NCBI GenBank assembly: GCA_963727455.1
Contig: CAVSGG010000001.1
Coordinates: forward strand, 1 to 64,000
DNA length: 64,000 nucleotides
Reading direction: 5' to 3'
Source: Candidatus Krumholzibacteriota bacterium
GTDB taxonomy: Bacteria; Krumholzibacteriota; Krumholzibacteriia; JAJRXK01
In this document: positions 43,006-52,734 of the stretch, piece by piece
Layout of the letters: each line of letters starts with the position of its first letter
How positions within the stretch are numbered: position 1 is the first letter of the stretch
Notes under the pieces: generated by a model
What the model was told of the DNA's origin: nothing
The model's database searches: none
The model's input: the letters and a program-made list of their open reading frames with translations, nothing else
Made by a program: the position numbers and the translations under genes

Positions 43006-44832
43006 TCAGAGCCGCGTTTCGTTGCGCCCGTCCGGGCCCTCCAACAACCCCTCGGCGGCGAGAATTCGCAGTGCGTTCCCTTTTCCCGCCACGCCCGGCC
43101 GCATCCTGTAGTCGAAGACCATTTTGCCCTCGCGGATCTGGTCCTCGAAGTGAACGTTGCGTGCCACTGGCCCCAATTCCGTCGCGACCTCCGCCAGGGC
43201 GAGGTCATGCGTGGTCACCAGAACGAAGGCGCCACGCTGCACGAAGCGGCGCAGCACTGCGGCCGCGCCGTATCGGCGGTCGTGACTGTTGGTACCGTGG
43301 AAAATTTCGTCCAAGAGGAGGAGGGCGGCGCTGGACTCGCGCGCGCCGGGCTGAGGAGAACACAGCTCCTGGAGTTCTCGCAGTCGCTTTACCTCCGCGT
43401 AGAAGTGCGAAATCCCCTGCGGGAGCGAGTCCACGATGCGCAGGCTCGCCCCCAAGCGTAGGGCACCGAGGCGCAGCCGTTGCGCGTGCACCGGCGCACC
43501 CGCTAGCGCAAGAACCACGTTCAGCCCCACCGTTCGCAGCAGAGTGCTCTTGCCCGACATGTTCGATCCACTGATCACGTAGAGCCGCAGTTCTGGGTCG
43601 AGGCGGATGTCATTCCGCACGCATTCCCGGCGCGGCAAAAGCGGATGGCCCGCATTCGTGGCCTCCAAGCAGGGCCTCTCGACCAGCTCGGGCCACGGGT
43701 CCTCGGCGTGCTCGAAGGCGTAGGCCGAGAGTGCCAGAAGGGCCTCGTACTCGCCGGCGACCTTCAGCCAGGAATCCACACTCTTGGCGTTGTGCGCCAT
43801 CCAGGCCTGGACGGCCAGCCCAAAATGGCTGCGCCACAGCAGAAGAGAGGCAAGCGGCGCGAAAAGAAGGTTGCGCGCCGAATCCAACCATTCGAGGCGC
43901 CGCCGGAGCTGCAGGATGCGGCTCGAGGGGGCTGGCATTCCCGCGGCAAAGAGCGTGGCGCGGAGAGCCGTCAGCCGCACCGACTCGAAGTGCGAGCGCT
44001 CGACCGCCTCAAGTACGCGAGAGAGAGAATCCAGTTGGCCCACCACACCCTCCAGCGCCTCCCACAACGGCTGAAGCCGCGTTTGCAAACGCTGCTCCGC
44101 GTACCAACCCGCAGCCAGAAAAAAGAGGAAGAGGAGAGGCGGTCCCCGAAAGCCCAACCACGCCACAAGGGAGATCACGGTGCATGCACTCAGAACCAGC
44201 ATCCCTGCGCGCTCGAGCCAGCTCGGAGCCTGTACCCGGTGTGCGGCCCAGCCCCGCAGGCGTGAGGGATCCACCCCTGGCCCGACGCCTTCGCAGAGCC
44301 GATCCATCGCTTCCCGGTGTTCGAACTGCGCGCGCAATTCGTCCACTGCGGTCCAACGCGGTGCCAGTTCTTCCAAGGGCGCGGGATGCAACAACCAGGC
44401 AGCCAGGGTATCCTGCCCGGCTTGAGTTTTCGCGCTGCACAAGAGCTGGAACAGCGACCCCTCTCCGAAAAGGTCGAGATGGTCGGCGTAGGGATGGTCG
44501 CTGCGCAGGTAGCGCTCTCCGCTCGGACCCTGCCCCTGCCAGCGGTCCTCGAGGCGGTCCATCCCCCGCTCATAGTGCTCGAGGGCATGGCGCCGTGCTT
44601 CCAGAAGGCGATCTACCCTTTGGTGAATTCCCACCAAGACACAGAAAAAACCGACGGGCAACCCCAACCATAGCGCGGAGTTATCCGAACTGACCAAAAT
44701 CGCCACGAGAAGGAGCGTGAGGAGAAAGAGCCCCAAGCGCAAGTGTGCAAGGGTACGAGAGCGCTTGGACAGCCGCGCCACTTCCTGCTGGCAGCGTCCG
44801 ATTCGGCGGCGATACTCCCCTGAGGCTTCCAT
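43006..44832 (-). CDS. Membrane-anchored MutS-related ATPase (domain V only)
   Basis: GHPLL, SGSNMSGKST, SHFYAEV, LLDEIFHGTNS, TTHD; N-terminal TM pairs; no mismatch-binding domain. Confidence 0.85.
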   Translation of the reverse strand: MEASGEYRRRIGRCQQEVARLSKRSRTLAHLRLGLFLLTLLLVAILVSSDNSALWLGLPVGFFCVLVGIHQRVDRLLEARRHALEHYERGMDRLEDRWQGQGPSGERYLRSDHPYADHLDLFGEGSLFQLLCSAKTQAGQDTLAAWLLHPAPLEELAPRWTAVDELRAQFEHREAMDRLCEGVGPGVDPSRLRGWAAHRVQAPSWLERAGMLVLSACTVISLVAWLGFRGPPLLFLFFLAAGWYAEQRLQTRLQPLWEALEGVVGQLDSLSRVLEAVERSHFESVRLTALRATLFAAGMPAPSSRILQLRRRLEWLDSARNLLFAPLASLLLWRSHFGLAVQAWMAHNAKSVDSWLKVAGEYEALLALSAYAFEHAEDPWPELVERPCLEATNAGHPLLPRRECVRNDIRLDPELRLYVISGSNMSGKSTLLRTVGLNVVLALAGAPVHAQRLRLGALRLGASLRIVDSLPQGISHFYAEVKRLRELQELCSPQPGARESSAALLLLDEIFHGTNSHDRRYGAAAVLRRFVQRGAFVLVTTHDLALAEVATELGPVARNVHFEDQIREGKMVFDYRMRPGVAGKGNALRILAAEGLLEGPDGRNETRL

Positions 44833-44961
44833 GGGACGCAGCATATCCTGCCCAGCCGCCGGGGCCAAGCGCAGGGGAGAACGCAAGCTGCTTCTCTCTT
44901 CTGCTTGGCAGCGCGAGATTGCCCCCCTACAATCGAGGCGGCGCTCTGGTCACCCGGATGA

Positions 44962-45324
<363 letters not shown>

Positions 45325-45342
45325 AACCAGGAGACCCGTTCC

Positions 45343-46068
45343 ATGGCATTTCAAGGCTTCCGTGCGGAATCCTTTCAATTTTTTCGCGAGTTGACGCTCA
45401 ACAACCACCGTCTTTGGTTCGAGTCCCAGCGCGAGGTCTATGAGGAGTTCGTGTTGACTCCCTTCGCGGAGTTGGAACAGGAACTCGCCCCGTCCATGCT
45501 GGAACTCAACCAGAATTTCACGCCGGGCGAGACCGCAGAGGAGCACCTCAGTCGGCTCGAACTCACGGGAGAACTGCCCCCCGAAGGGCCCCATTACAAG
45601 ACGAGCCTCTACCAGTTCTGGTGGAACACGGAGATTCCCCGCCTCTGCGACGGTCACCTTCACATCGGCATCGGAGCCGATGCTGTGACCTTGGGCTTCT
45701 CCATCTATGACTGGTCGTACGATAAGGGGCGGATGCGCGAGGTCTTCAAGCCGCGCCTGCGCGGTCATCTCTCCCTTTTGGACGATTACATCAAGGCGAA
45801 CTACCTGCGGCGCGGATTCGAATTCCGCCGTTTCGTGCGCGGCGCGGGGCGCCTGGGCTTGCGCGAGGGCGAGGCCTTCCCCAACCGGGGGGCCCAGTGG
45901 CAGGACACGCTGGGGTGGGTAGTGAGCCGGCAGATTCACGAGAATTCGTCTCGCCTGACCCCGGGTTCCTTCGTCACCGAATGCAAGAGCACTTTCGAGA
46001 GACTCTATCCTCTTTATGTGTTCTCCAGTGACATGAGATCGGATTGGCGGGACCTTCTGAAAGTCTGA
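45343..46068 (+). CDS. DUF2461-like protein
   Basis: FQFFRELTLNNHRLWFESQREVYE and HYKT pattern. Confidence 0.7.
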   Translation: MAFQGFRAESFQFFRELTLNNHRLWFESQREVYEEFVLTPFAELEQELAPSMLELNQNFTPGETAEEHLSRLELTGELPPEGPHYKTSLYQFWWNTEIPRLCDGHLHIGIGADAVTLGFSIYDWSYDKGRMREVFKPRLRGHLSLLDDYIKANYLRRGFEFRRFVRGAGRLGLREGEAFPNRGAQWQDTLGWVVSRQIHENSSRLTPGSFVTECKSTFERLYPLYVFSSDMRSDWRDLLKV

Positions 46069-46111
46069 TGGGTCAGGCCCGCCCGCTCGACGCAACGACC
46101 GCGCGGCTCCT

Positions 46112-47068
46112 TCAGCGGCGGTCGCGATCCAGTCCCCGGCTCAAGAGCGCCAGCACCAGACCCCAGGCGCTTCCCAACGCCAGACTCTGCGATACGATGC
46201 GCCACAGAAGCGCGCCTCCCGTGAGACCGGAAACCGCCCCCGCGCTCGAGTGCGCGCGCTGGCTGAGTAGCGTCGTGCCCACTCCCATCCCCAAGCGCGC
46301 GAGCACAAAGAAGATCAGCGTGAGAAGAATCGCGGAGGAGAGCGCGACGCTCGCCCCGTAGATCACGGGCAATAGGAAGCGCTCGATGCGCGTGCCCGAA
46401 CGCCGGGGGAGAAGTGGATGGAGAAGCAGTCCCATCATACCCGCGACGATGCTCCCCAGAATCAACGCGAAGCCGAGGGCATCCCGCCCCATGTCCTGCA
46501 ACCAGAACTTGGCGGAGGTGGGCGAGAGCAGCGCCGTCAGTCCCGCCGCGCTGAGGACGAGGAGCATCGCCACCAGGGGTGGCAAAATGCGCTCGGAACT
46601 CTCGTCGCGGAAACGGAAGTCCACCAGGATGCGCCCGTCGATGAAGCGCCTTCCCCTTTCGGTGAACCCGCAGGCCCGGTAGCATTTCAGGGCGGCCGGG
46701 TTGTCCTCGAAGGCGCTGATCCGCACCTCGCGCGCGTGCAGGCCTTCCATGGCGTGCTTGAGCAGGGCCCCCACCAGATTGCGCCCGTTTCCCATTCCCC
46801 GGCGCCGTGGATGGACCATGACGTGCCCGATCCAGTAGGAATCGCGCTCTTCGAGGTTTTCATTCAGCTCGCCATAGGCCACGATTCGCCCGTTGGACTC
46901 GAGCACGAATCCGCTGCCGCGTTCGCGCATCCACTGGGTCACCATTTCCTCGTCCAGGGGGGCCATTTCCCGGGGCGCGGCCTGCCGCATGTCCTCGGCG
47001 GAGGGGGAGAGTTCGGCGATGACGGGCACATCGTCGAAAGTGGCGGGGCGGACGTGGACTTCATTCAT
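46112..47068 (-). CDS. GNAT acetyltransferase fused to a 4-TM membrane domain
   Basis: VMVHPRRRGMGNGR and NPAALKCYRACGF motifs; four C-terminal hydrophobic helices. Confidence 0.75.
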   Translation of the reverse strand: MNEVHVRPATFDDVPVIAELSPSAEDMRQAAPREMAPLDEEMVTQWMRERGSGFVLESNGRIVAYGELNENLEERDSYWIGHVMVHPRRRGMGNGRNLVGALLKHAMEGLHAREVRISAFEDNPAALKCYRACGFTERGRRFIDGRILVDFRFRDESSERILPPLVAMLLVLSAAGLTALLSPTSAKFWLQDMGRDALGFALILGSIVAGMMGLLLHPLLPRRSGTRIERFLLPVIYGASVALSSAILLTLIFFVLARLGMGVGTTLLSQRAHSSAGAVSGLTGGALLWRIVSQSLALGSAWGLVLALLSRGLDRDRR

Positions 47069-47099
47069 CACGTCAATTCTACGCGAGAGAGGCAGAACG

Positions 47100-47933
47100 G
47101 TGCAGCAAAAGGATCATTTTCAGAGCGGCGATTACAGAAGCCTGATCGACTGGGCACCCCGCCTGCGGCGGGAGGCTCCCTTTCTCTCCGAGGTCTTTGG
47201 CCACCCCGGGGAAGGCACCATCGTCGATCTGGGCTGTGGCACCGGGGAGCACGCCCGCTGGCTGGCCTCGGTGGGATGGCACGCGCTCGGGGTCGACTCC
47301 TCGGAGAAGCAAATCGAAAGCGCGCGCAGCTACGAGGGTGAGTTCGGCGCGCGCGGGCCCTATTTCCGGCAGGCTGACATGCTCGAGCTAGACGAGGTCT
47401 GTGCGTGGGCCAAAGCAAATTCCGCCTTCCCGCGGGAAGCTCTACCCGATGGCCGGGAATTCGCGGGTGCCCTCTGCGTGGGAAACGTCCTGCCCTATTT
47501 CGAAGAGGAGGAATTGGAACCGCGCCTCGCTGCGCTCGCCCGTCACCTGGCCCCCGGCGCCCCCCTGCTGGTGCAGCTATTGAACTATCAGCGTATCCGA
47601 GCCAAGGACGTGCGCGCGCTCCCGCTGAACGTCCGCCCGGACCCGGAGAATACCCAGGGGGAGATCGTGTGGTTGCGACTGCTGTCCGTCGACGACGAGA
47701 AGCACCTGTGGTTTCATCCCGCGACCCTGGAGTTTCGCCCCGCCGATGAGGAGCCCCTCCAGCTCCGCTCGGCGCGGCGCATCCGCGTGAGAAGTTGGAC
47801 GGCAGAGGAACTCGAGTCTCTGGTAGCGCGCGCAGGGTTTCGCGACTTCAGGCGTTATGGTGGAATGAACCGCGGAAAGTTCGTCCCGGAGGAGAGCCAC
47901 GATCTCGTCTTTACCGCCCTCGGTCCTGGATGA
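47100..47933 (+). CDS. Class I SAM-dependent methyltransferase
   Basis: VDLGCGTGEH, GVDSS, ADM, HLAPGA; GTG start at 47100. Confidence 0.85.
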   Translation: MQQKDHFQSGDYRSLIDWAPRLRREAPFLSEVFGHPGEGTIVDLGCGTGEHARWLASVGWHALGVDSSEKQIESARSYEGEFGARGPYFRQADMLELDEVCAWAKANSAFPREALPDGREFAGALCVGNVLPYFEEEELEPRLAALARHLAPGAPLLVQLLNYQRIRAKDVRALPLNVRPDPENTQGEIVWLRLLSVDDEKHLWFHPATLEFRPADEEPLQLRSARRIRVRSWTAEELESLVARAGFRDFRRYGGMNRGKFVPEESHDLVFTALGPG

Positions 47934-47940
47934 GAAAAGC

Positions 47941-48525
47941 ATGACGGGAAACGAGCACTCCTTGCACGAGGACGAACTCGTGGCGCGGGTGGCCTCAGGC
48001 GATGAAACGGCCCTGCGCCTCCTCGTCGAGCGCTGGCAAGGTCCGGTGTTCACGTTCTTCTTGCGCTGTCTGGGAAACGAAGAGGACGCGCGAGACCTCG
48101 CGCAGGAGTGCTTTCTCAAAGTTTACCGTCACGCCGGGAGCTATCAAGCCCAGGGTCGCTTCCGCTCCTGGTTGTTTCGCATCGCGGGGAACCTCTGCCG
48201 TTCCCGGCTCCGTCGACGCCGTGTCCTGCGTTGGCTCCCACTCAACGAGGAACTCTCTTCGGTGGGACCCGCCGCGCCGCGCTCTTTCGAGGCTGATGCG
48301 CAACAACGAAGTCACGAGATCGGCCGGGCCATTCAGGAATGCGTGGCCGAGCTTCCCGAGCGGCAGCGCCTGGCCTTCAGCTTGCGCCATGAGGGCAATC
48401 TCTCCTACCGCGAGATCGGCAAAATGCTGCACGCCAGCGAGTCCGCCGTCGAATCGCTCCTGGTAAGGGCGACCCGGCACTTACAGGAAAGCCTGCGCGC
48501 GAAGGGCTTCGGAGACGATTTTTGA
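47941..48525 (+). CDS. ECF RNA polymerase sigma factor
   Basis: DARDLAQECFL, FRSWLFRIA, LPERQR...LSYREIG. Confidence 0.92.
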   Translation: MTGNEHSLHEDELVARVASGDETALRLLVERWQGPVFTFFLRCLGNEEDARDLAQECFLKVYRHAGSYQAQGRFRSWLFRIAGNLCRSRLRRRRVLRWLPLNEELSSVGPAAPRSFEADAQQRSHEIGRAIQECVAELPERQRLAFSLRHEGNLSYREIGKMLHASESAVESLLVRATRHLQESLRAKGFGDDF

Positions 48526-48579
48526 ACTCCCGCGCAGGATTCGCTGCGCACGCGCGTTGGGTAGAGGTGAAAGGTGAGA

Positions 48580-49017
48580 ATGATGAAGTCGCACGAACAC
48601 TCCCCACGCCTCTTGGCCTATCTCGACCGGCAGCTTTCGGATCGAGAGAGCGAAGCGGTGGAGAATCATTTGGCCGCGTGCGCGGATTGTCGCCGCGAGT
48701 TTCAGTCTCTTCGCACGCTGCAGGAGCGGCTCGACGAGTCGCGTGACTCGTTCGAGTTGAACCTGTGGCCTGAAATCGCGTCGCGCCTCCCCGCACGGAG
48801 TCGCTCGCGAGGACTCTATCGTCTGGGCTACGCGCTCTTGGTGTTGGTGGGGTTGGGGTTGGGCGCATTCGCGGGCTGGACGAGCGTCAGCGGAACGGCT
48901 CCCCCGAACTCTCTCGACTACTTGGCGGAGAGTTCGCTCTTGGATTCACCGCAGGCTTCGTTCAGCGAATCCTATTTGGCCGCGCTAAGTGATGGGGAGA
49001 CGGAGGTGAGTCAGTGA
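48580..49017 (+). CDS. Zinc-binding anti-sigma factor (zf-HC2) with TM
   Basis: LLAYLDRQL...HLAACADC; single TM. Confidence 0.85.
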   Translation: MMKSHEHSPRLLAYLDRQLSDRESEAVENHLAACADCRREFQSLRTLQERLDESRDSFELNLWPEIASRLPARSRSRGLYRLGYALLVLVGLGLGAFAGWTSVSGTAPPNSLDYLAESSLLDSPQASFSESYLAALSDGETEVSQ

Positions 49018-49535
49018 AGCGTTTCACGCAGCTGGCCCTCGTCCTCTCGCTCGCCATCAACGTCGGATTTGGGCTGGCTTGGCTCAGTCACCGTCGCACA
49101 CCGGTAGATACGGCCCCCCTTCCGCGCCACGAGTTTCATCGCAGAGCGATGGATGGTGATCGCTTCGCGTCACGATCTCACGGAGCGTGGGCTTCGCGGC
49201 GGGCGAGATGGCTCGATCGTCATCTGCATCTGGATCCCAAGCGAAGAGAGGACCTGCGCGGATCTCTCCTGCCTTTGGAACCGGAGATGATGGACACACG
49301 ACACCGTCTCGAGGAAGCGCGCAATGAGTTTGCCCAGCAGTTGCGAGAGCCGGTTCCCGATCGTGACTCGGTACTCGTAACGCATGAGAAGATCAGTCAG
49401 CTCCAAACGCGGCTGGACAGTCTGGTGACAGAGGCGCTGCTCAAAGAAGCGCAGTTTCTGCGGCCAGAGGAACGCCGCAAGCCCGGAGCTTGGTTTCCCC
49501 GCCGACGGGGTACGAACGAAGGAGGAAGACGATGA
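49014..49535 (+). CDS. Periplasmic heavy-metal sensor / Spy-CpxP-ZraP-like protein
   Basis: LVLSLAINVG anchor, His/Arg-rich segment, helical body ending LRPEER. Confidence 0.7.
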   Translation: MKRFTQLALVLSLAINVGFGLAWLSHRRTPVDTAPLPRHEFHRRAMDGDRFASRSHGAWASRRARWLDRHLHLDPKRREDLRGSLLPLEPEMMDTRHRLEEARNEFAQQLREPVPDRDSVLVTHEKISQLQTRLDSLVTEALLKEAQFLRPEERRKPGAWFPRRRGTNEGGRR

Positions 49536-50089
49536 AGAGAAGTAGTAGCTGGACCGCGGCCATTGCCGGGCTTGCCCTCTTGGCAATCCTCATTCCCGCG
49601 GCAGCCTATTCCCAAGCGCCTCGCGCGCCCAAGCAGCAACGCGGCCAGGCTTTGGCCCGTGACAATGGCGGTGCTCCCGGCGCTTTCTTCCGCCAGGCGA
49701 TGGTCGAAAAGCTGGGGCTTAGCGAGGAACAGCAGGCCAAGCTCTCCGAGTTGCGCCTGAAGAATCAACAGGAGCAGATTCGCCTGCGCGGCGAGCTGGC
49801 CAACGCGAAGGCCGAGCTCAAGGCTCTTCTGCTCGACCCGGAAGCGAGTCGGAGCGCAGTGATGATGGCCGGTGACAAGATCGAGGAACTGCGTACGCAG
49901 AAAGCGAAGACGCGCCTCACGCACCAGATGGACGTGCGCGAGCTCTTGACCAAAGAGCAGCGTGCGCAGTGGGTGCAGATGCGCGGCGAACATCACCGGC
50001 ATGGAGAGTGGGGCCGCCGCGGTGGCAGGCATGCCATGCGCGATCGGGGGCCCCGTGGGCAGCAAGCCTGCCCGCGTGCCGATGGCTAA
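49532..50089 (+). CDS. Spy/CpxP-family periplasmic chaperone
   Basis: Signal peptide; LGLSEEQQ and LTKEQR (LTxxQ) motifs; ATGA overlap with the previous gene. Confidence 0.82.
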   Translation: MKRSSSWTAAIAGLALLAILIPAAAYSQAPRAPKQQRGQALARDNGGAPGAFFRQAMVEKLGLSEEQQAKLSELRLKNQQEQIRLRGELANAKAELKALLLDPEASRSAVMMAGDKIEELRTQKAKTRLTHQMDVRELLTKEQRAQWVQMRGEHHRHGEWGRRGGRHAMRDRGPRGQQACPRADG

Positions 50090-50119
50090 GTCTTGATTGC
50101 CTCGCTTGGTGACACGAAG

Positions 50120-50154
50120 AGGCCCCGCACCTTTCGGTGCGGGGCCTTTCTCTT
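50120..50154 (+). terminator. Rho-independent terminator
   Basis: AGGCCCCGCACC-TTTC-GGTGCGGGGCCT followed by TTCTCTT. Confidence 0.75.
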
Positions 50155-50195
50155 GCTTCAACTCTTCGCGCGACCTGCGCGCAACTTCCGTGAGT

Positions 50196-50243
50196 TTAGA
50201 AGCGGGACTTCATCGCACCCCAGCTGGTTTCCTCGCTGGGAAT
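50196..50243 (-). other. C-terminal WxxxKxR[YF] tail, copy 3 (IPSEETSWGAMKSRF*)
   Basis: Aligns with the tails at 115-165 and 35031-35084. Confidence 0.65.
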
Positions 50244-50885
50244 GATGCAGGAAGAACTGTTGTCGGCACCGGGAGTGTCGAGGGTATCGGTACACGGAGT
50301 CCCTCCAAAGGGGCCGATCTGCCAGGTATTTCCACAGCGGAAGACGTGTCCGGGGACGTCGTTGCCGTCCGGACCCACCTGAGTGGAGCAATAGAGCAGA
50401 TCGCCCGAGCCCAGTGTAGCGACGAGAGCGACGCAATCCACGACGGAGCTCCAGGGCATGGCGTCCAAGACTCCGTCATCGTCCGTATCCAGATCGTCGC
50501 CATTGGCGCCGGTGAATCCCTGGACCAGCATGTGGGTCACGTTGTCATTGTTCTCGAAGCTGAGCGTGAGGTCGACGTCGTAGCCGCTGCAAGCTGGCGT
50601 CGTTCCCGACTTGTGCACGGCGAGATAGCCATCGGCCTGAATGGCCTGACCCGTGAGGTCGGTCACGCTCTCGATGACACCACTGCCGCCGGTGCCGTCA
50701 CCGATCACGATGTAGGTATAGCCGTCCAATGACTGGCCGGGCGTGCCGGCGAGCTCGAAGTACTCATCGGTATCGGCACCGACGTTGTCGATACGGATCT
50801 CGTTGATGACGAGCGCGTGCGCCACCGCGGGGGCGATCAGGCACAGGGCGCAGACGCCCAGGGTGATTTTCTTGAGCAAGTTCAT
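50196..50885 (-). CDS. Secreted lamin-tail-like domain protein with C-terminal SWGAMKSRF tail
   Basis: Signal peptide (AHA); LVINEI...DEYFEL.G..G.SLDGY; DLDTDDDG calcium-loop-like motif. Confidence 0.8.
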   Translation of the reverse strand: MNLLKKITLGVCALCLIAPAVAHALVINEIRIDNVGADTDEYFELAGTPGQSLDGYTYIVIGDGTGGSGVIESVTDLTGQAIQADGYLAVHKSGTTPACSGYDVDLTLSFENNDNVTHMLVQGFTGANGDDLDTDDDGVLDAMPWSSVVDCVALVATLGSGDLLYCSTQVGPDGNDVPGHVFRCGNTWQIGPFGGTPCTDTLDTPGADNSSSCIIPSEETSWGAMKSRF

Positions 50886-51166
50886 GGATGCATAGCCTCC
50901 TCTATGCCCGCCGACCGACCGCCAGGGATAGGCATCGGAGCGTTTCGGGCAGAATTCAGGAATACGCGGCCTTCAAGGCCCAACCAAGTATAGCAAGTCC
51001 TTGCGGGAGACCACAATCTATGCGGCAAGTTTTTATCCGGGGACCGCGCGCGGGCTTTGGCGCGGATCCAGGCCAGGGGGCCCGGATCCGACGCGCTCTG
51101 ATATCTCGCAACGGGCACGCCGGTGCCGTTTGGGGCGCTTGGAGGAAGTCGCGCCCCTTCCCCGCC

Positions 51167-51631
51167 TCAGGAATTGGTCAGCTTCTGCTTCTGACCGGAT
51201 CCCATGGGCTGCGGGGTGGTCGAGGCCGGCCCGCTCTTGATCTCGCGCTCCTCGCTGCCCACGGGGCGCTTGCCCATCGAGCACGAACCTTCGAAGACGA
51301 CGCCCTCGTCGATGACGAGGCGGCGCGTCTTGATGTCGCCCTCGAGGGTGCTGCCCGACTGCAGCTCGATCTTGTCGTCCGCGGTGATGTTGCCGTCGAC
51401 GCGTCCACCCACGACCGCGTTCTTGGCGAAGATCTCGCCCTTCACCACGCCCGTCTTTCCCACCACGAGGTTCTCGGGTTTGCGGATCGTGCCTTCGAAC
51501 TCGCCTTCGACGCGCAACGTACCTTGAACCTCGACCTCTCCCTTGAAGCGGCAGCCCTTGGCGAGGATCGAGGTGGCATTTGGATCATCTTGTTTCATCG
51601 GAACCTCTGCTTCGTTTTCTTTACCGAACAT
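51167..51631 (-). CDS. Bactofilin (polymer-forming cytoskeletal protein)
   Basis: MFGK N-terminus; SILAKGCRFKGEV...LRVEG...V.GNI...LVIDEGVVFEGSC. Confidence 0.92.
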   Translation of the reverse strand: MFGKENEAEVPMKQDDPNATSILAKGCRFKGEVEVQGTLRVEGEFEGTIRKPENLVVGKTGVVKGEIFAKNAVVGGRVDGNITADDKIELQSGSTLEGDIKTRRLVIDEGVVFEGSCSMGKRPVGSEEREIKSGPASTTPQPMGSGQKQKLTNS

Positions 51632-51657
51632 CTGTTTTCCTCCGCGCGAATGCGCGC

Positions 51658-52452
51658 CTATGGCGACTTGGGTGCCAGGTACTGTCGCGGATCGACAGAC
51701 TTTCCGTCGAGACGGATTTCGAAATGTAGATGCGGTGCACTACTGCGTCCAGTGTTGCCCAGGCGGGCAATCACCTGACCTTGATCCACCGATTGCCCGA
51801 CCTGCACGAGCAAGCGCTGGTTGTGACCGTACAGGGTACTATAGCCGAAGCCATGGTCGATGACGATATAGTTGCCCAGCGATTCGTCATAACTCGCCTC
51901 CACCACTTTGCCTCTGCCCGCCGCGTGGACCGGCGCCCCGTTGGGCGCCACCAGATCCAGGCCGGGGTGGCCGTCGTGTCCCTTCTCGGAGGCGTAGAAC
52001 TCCTTGGACACATAACCTTCGACAGGCCAACGAGTTGGAGCGTGAGAGCGAAGCGCGGCAGCGGCTTCCAAGTGGTTCACGCCGAGCAGTTCCAGGCTGG
52101 CGCTTCGGCTGGCCTGGGTGAGGGAGCTGTCCGGAAGTTGCGCCTTTTCCCGGCCTTCCACCCCCAGCATGGTCAAGACCTGCGCCTTCAGGGCGGTCAG
52201 GTTCTCGATCTCCCGGTTCAGCCGATCGATCGTGGCTACCTGACGACGCAGATCTCGGTTCTCCTGCTCGAGCGCGGTGGCGTGGCGCGCCTGCCCGAGA
52301 ACGCCCGAGTAGTTCACCATGAAGATGATCACGGTCAGCGCGAACGCGGCGAGCAAGATCGCGGTCGCCAGAGCGAGGCCCCGCGATACCGTATATTGCC
52401 GTGTTCGCGAATGGTCCGCGGGCACGATGATGATGTTCCAGGATCGATTCAT
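51658..52452 (-). CDS. M23-family peptidase with N-terminal TM and coiled coil
   Basis: HPGLD, YGH and PHLHFEI motifs. Confidence 0.92.
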   Translation of the reverse strand: MNRSWNIIIVPADHSRTRQYTVSRGLALATAILLAAFALTVIIFMVNYSGVLGQARHATALEQENRDLRRQVATIDRLNREIENLTALKAQVLTMLGVEGREKAQLPDSSLTQASRSASLELLGVNHLEAAAALRSHAPTRWPVEGYVSKEFYASEKGHDGHPGLDLVAPNGAPVHAAGRGKVVEASYDESLGNYIVIDHGFGYSTLYGHNQRLLVQVGQSVDQGQVIARLGNTGRSSAPHLHFEIRLDGKSVDPRQYLAPKSP

Positions 52453-52586
52453 CCCTCGACCACCCACGAGGAGCCGCCCCGACAGCCGGGACGAAGGGGA
52501 GTTTCGTTCTGTAGGCAGTGCGCGTCAAGCCCCACGCCTGCCCTGGGGCAAGTTCTCACCCCCATGCCCCCCACCTCGCTTCCAGT

Positions 52587-52661
52587 TGGGGATAAGTTGG
52601 GGAGAAAGTCTGTGGATATCCCGGTGGATAGTTTGTAACTCATTTTTTAAGAATGAGTTAC
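52587..52661. promoter_or_regulatory. DnaA-box-like cluster plus perfect inverted repeat downstream of parB
   Basis: TGGGGATAA 52587, TGTGGATAT 52611, GGTGGATAG 52623; GTAACTCATT-N7-AATGAGTTAC 52635-52661. Confidence 0.65.
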
Positions 52662-52734
52662 TGTGAGATATTGTTTTCCCCGATCGCGGGAGGCCGATCT
52701 GACTCAGATCGGCCAATGCCTTGGAATCGGAGCA

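Noticed and set aside
52635-52661. dif site or intrinsic terminator
   Set aside because: It lies next to oriC rather than the terminus, has a 7-bp spacer and no XerD arm (TTATGTTAAAT); the AT-rich stem lacks a following U tract.
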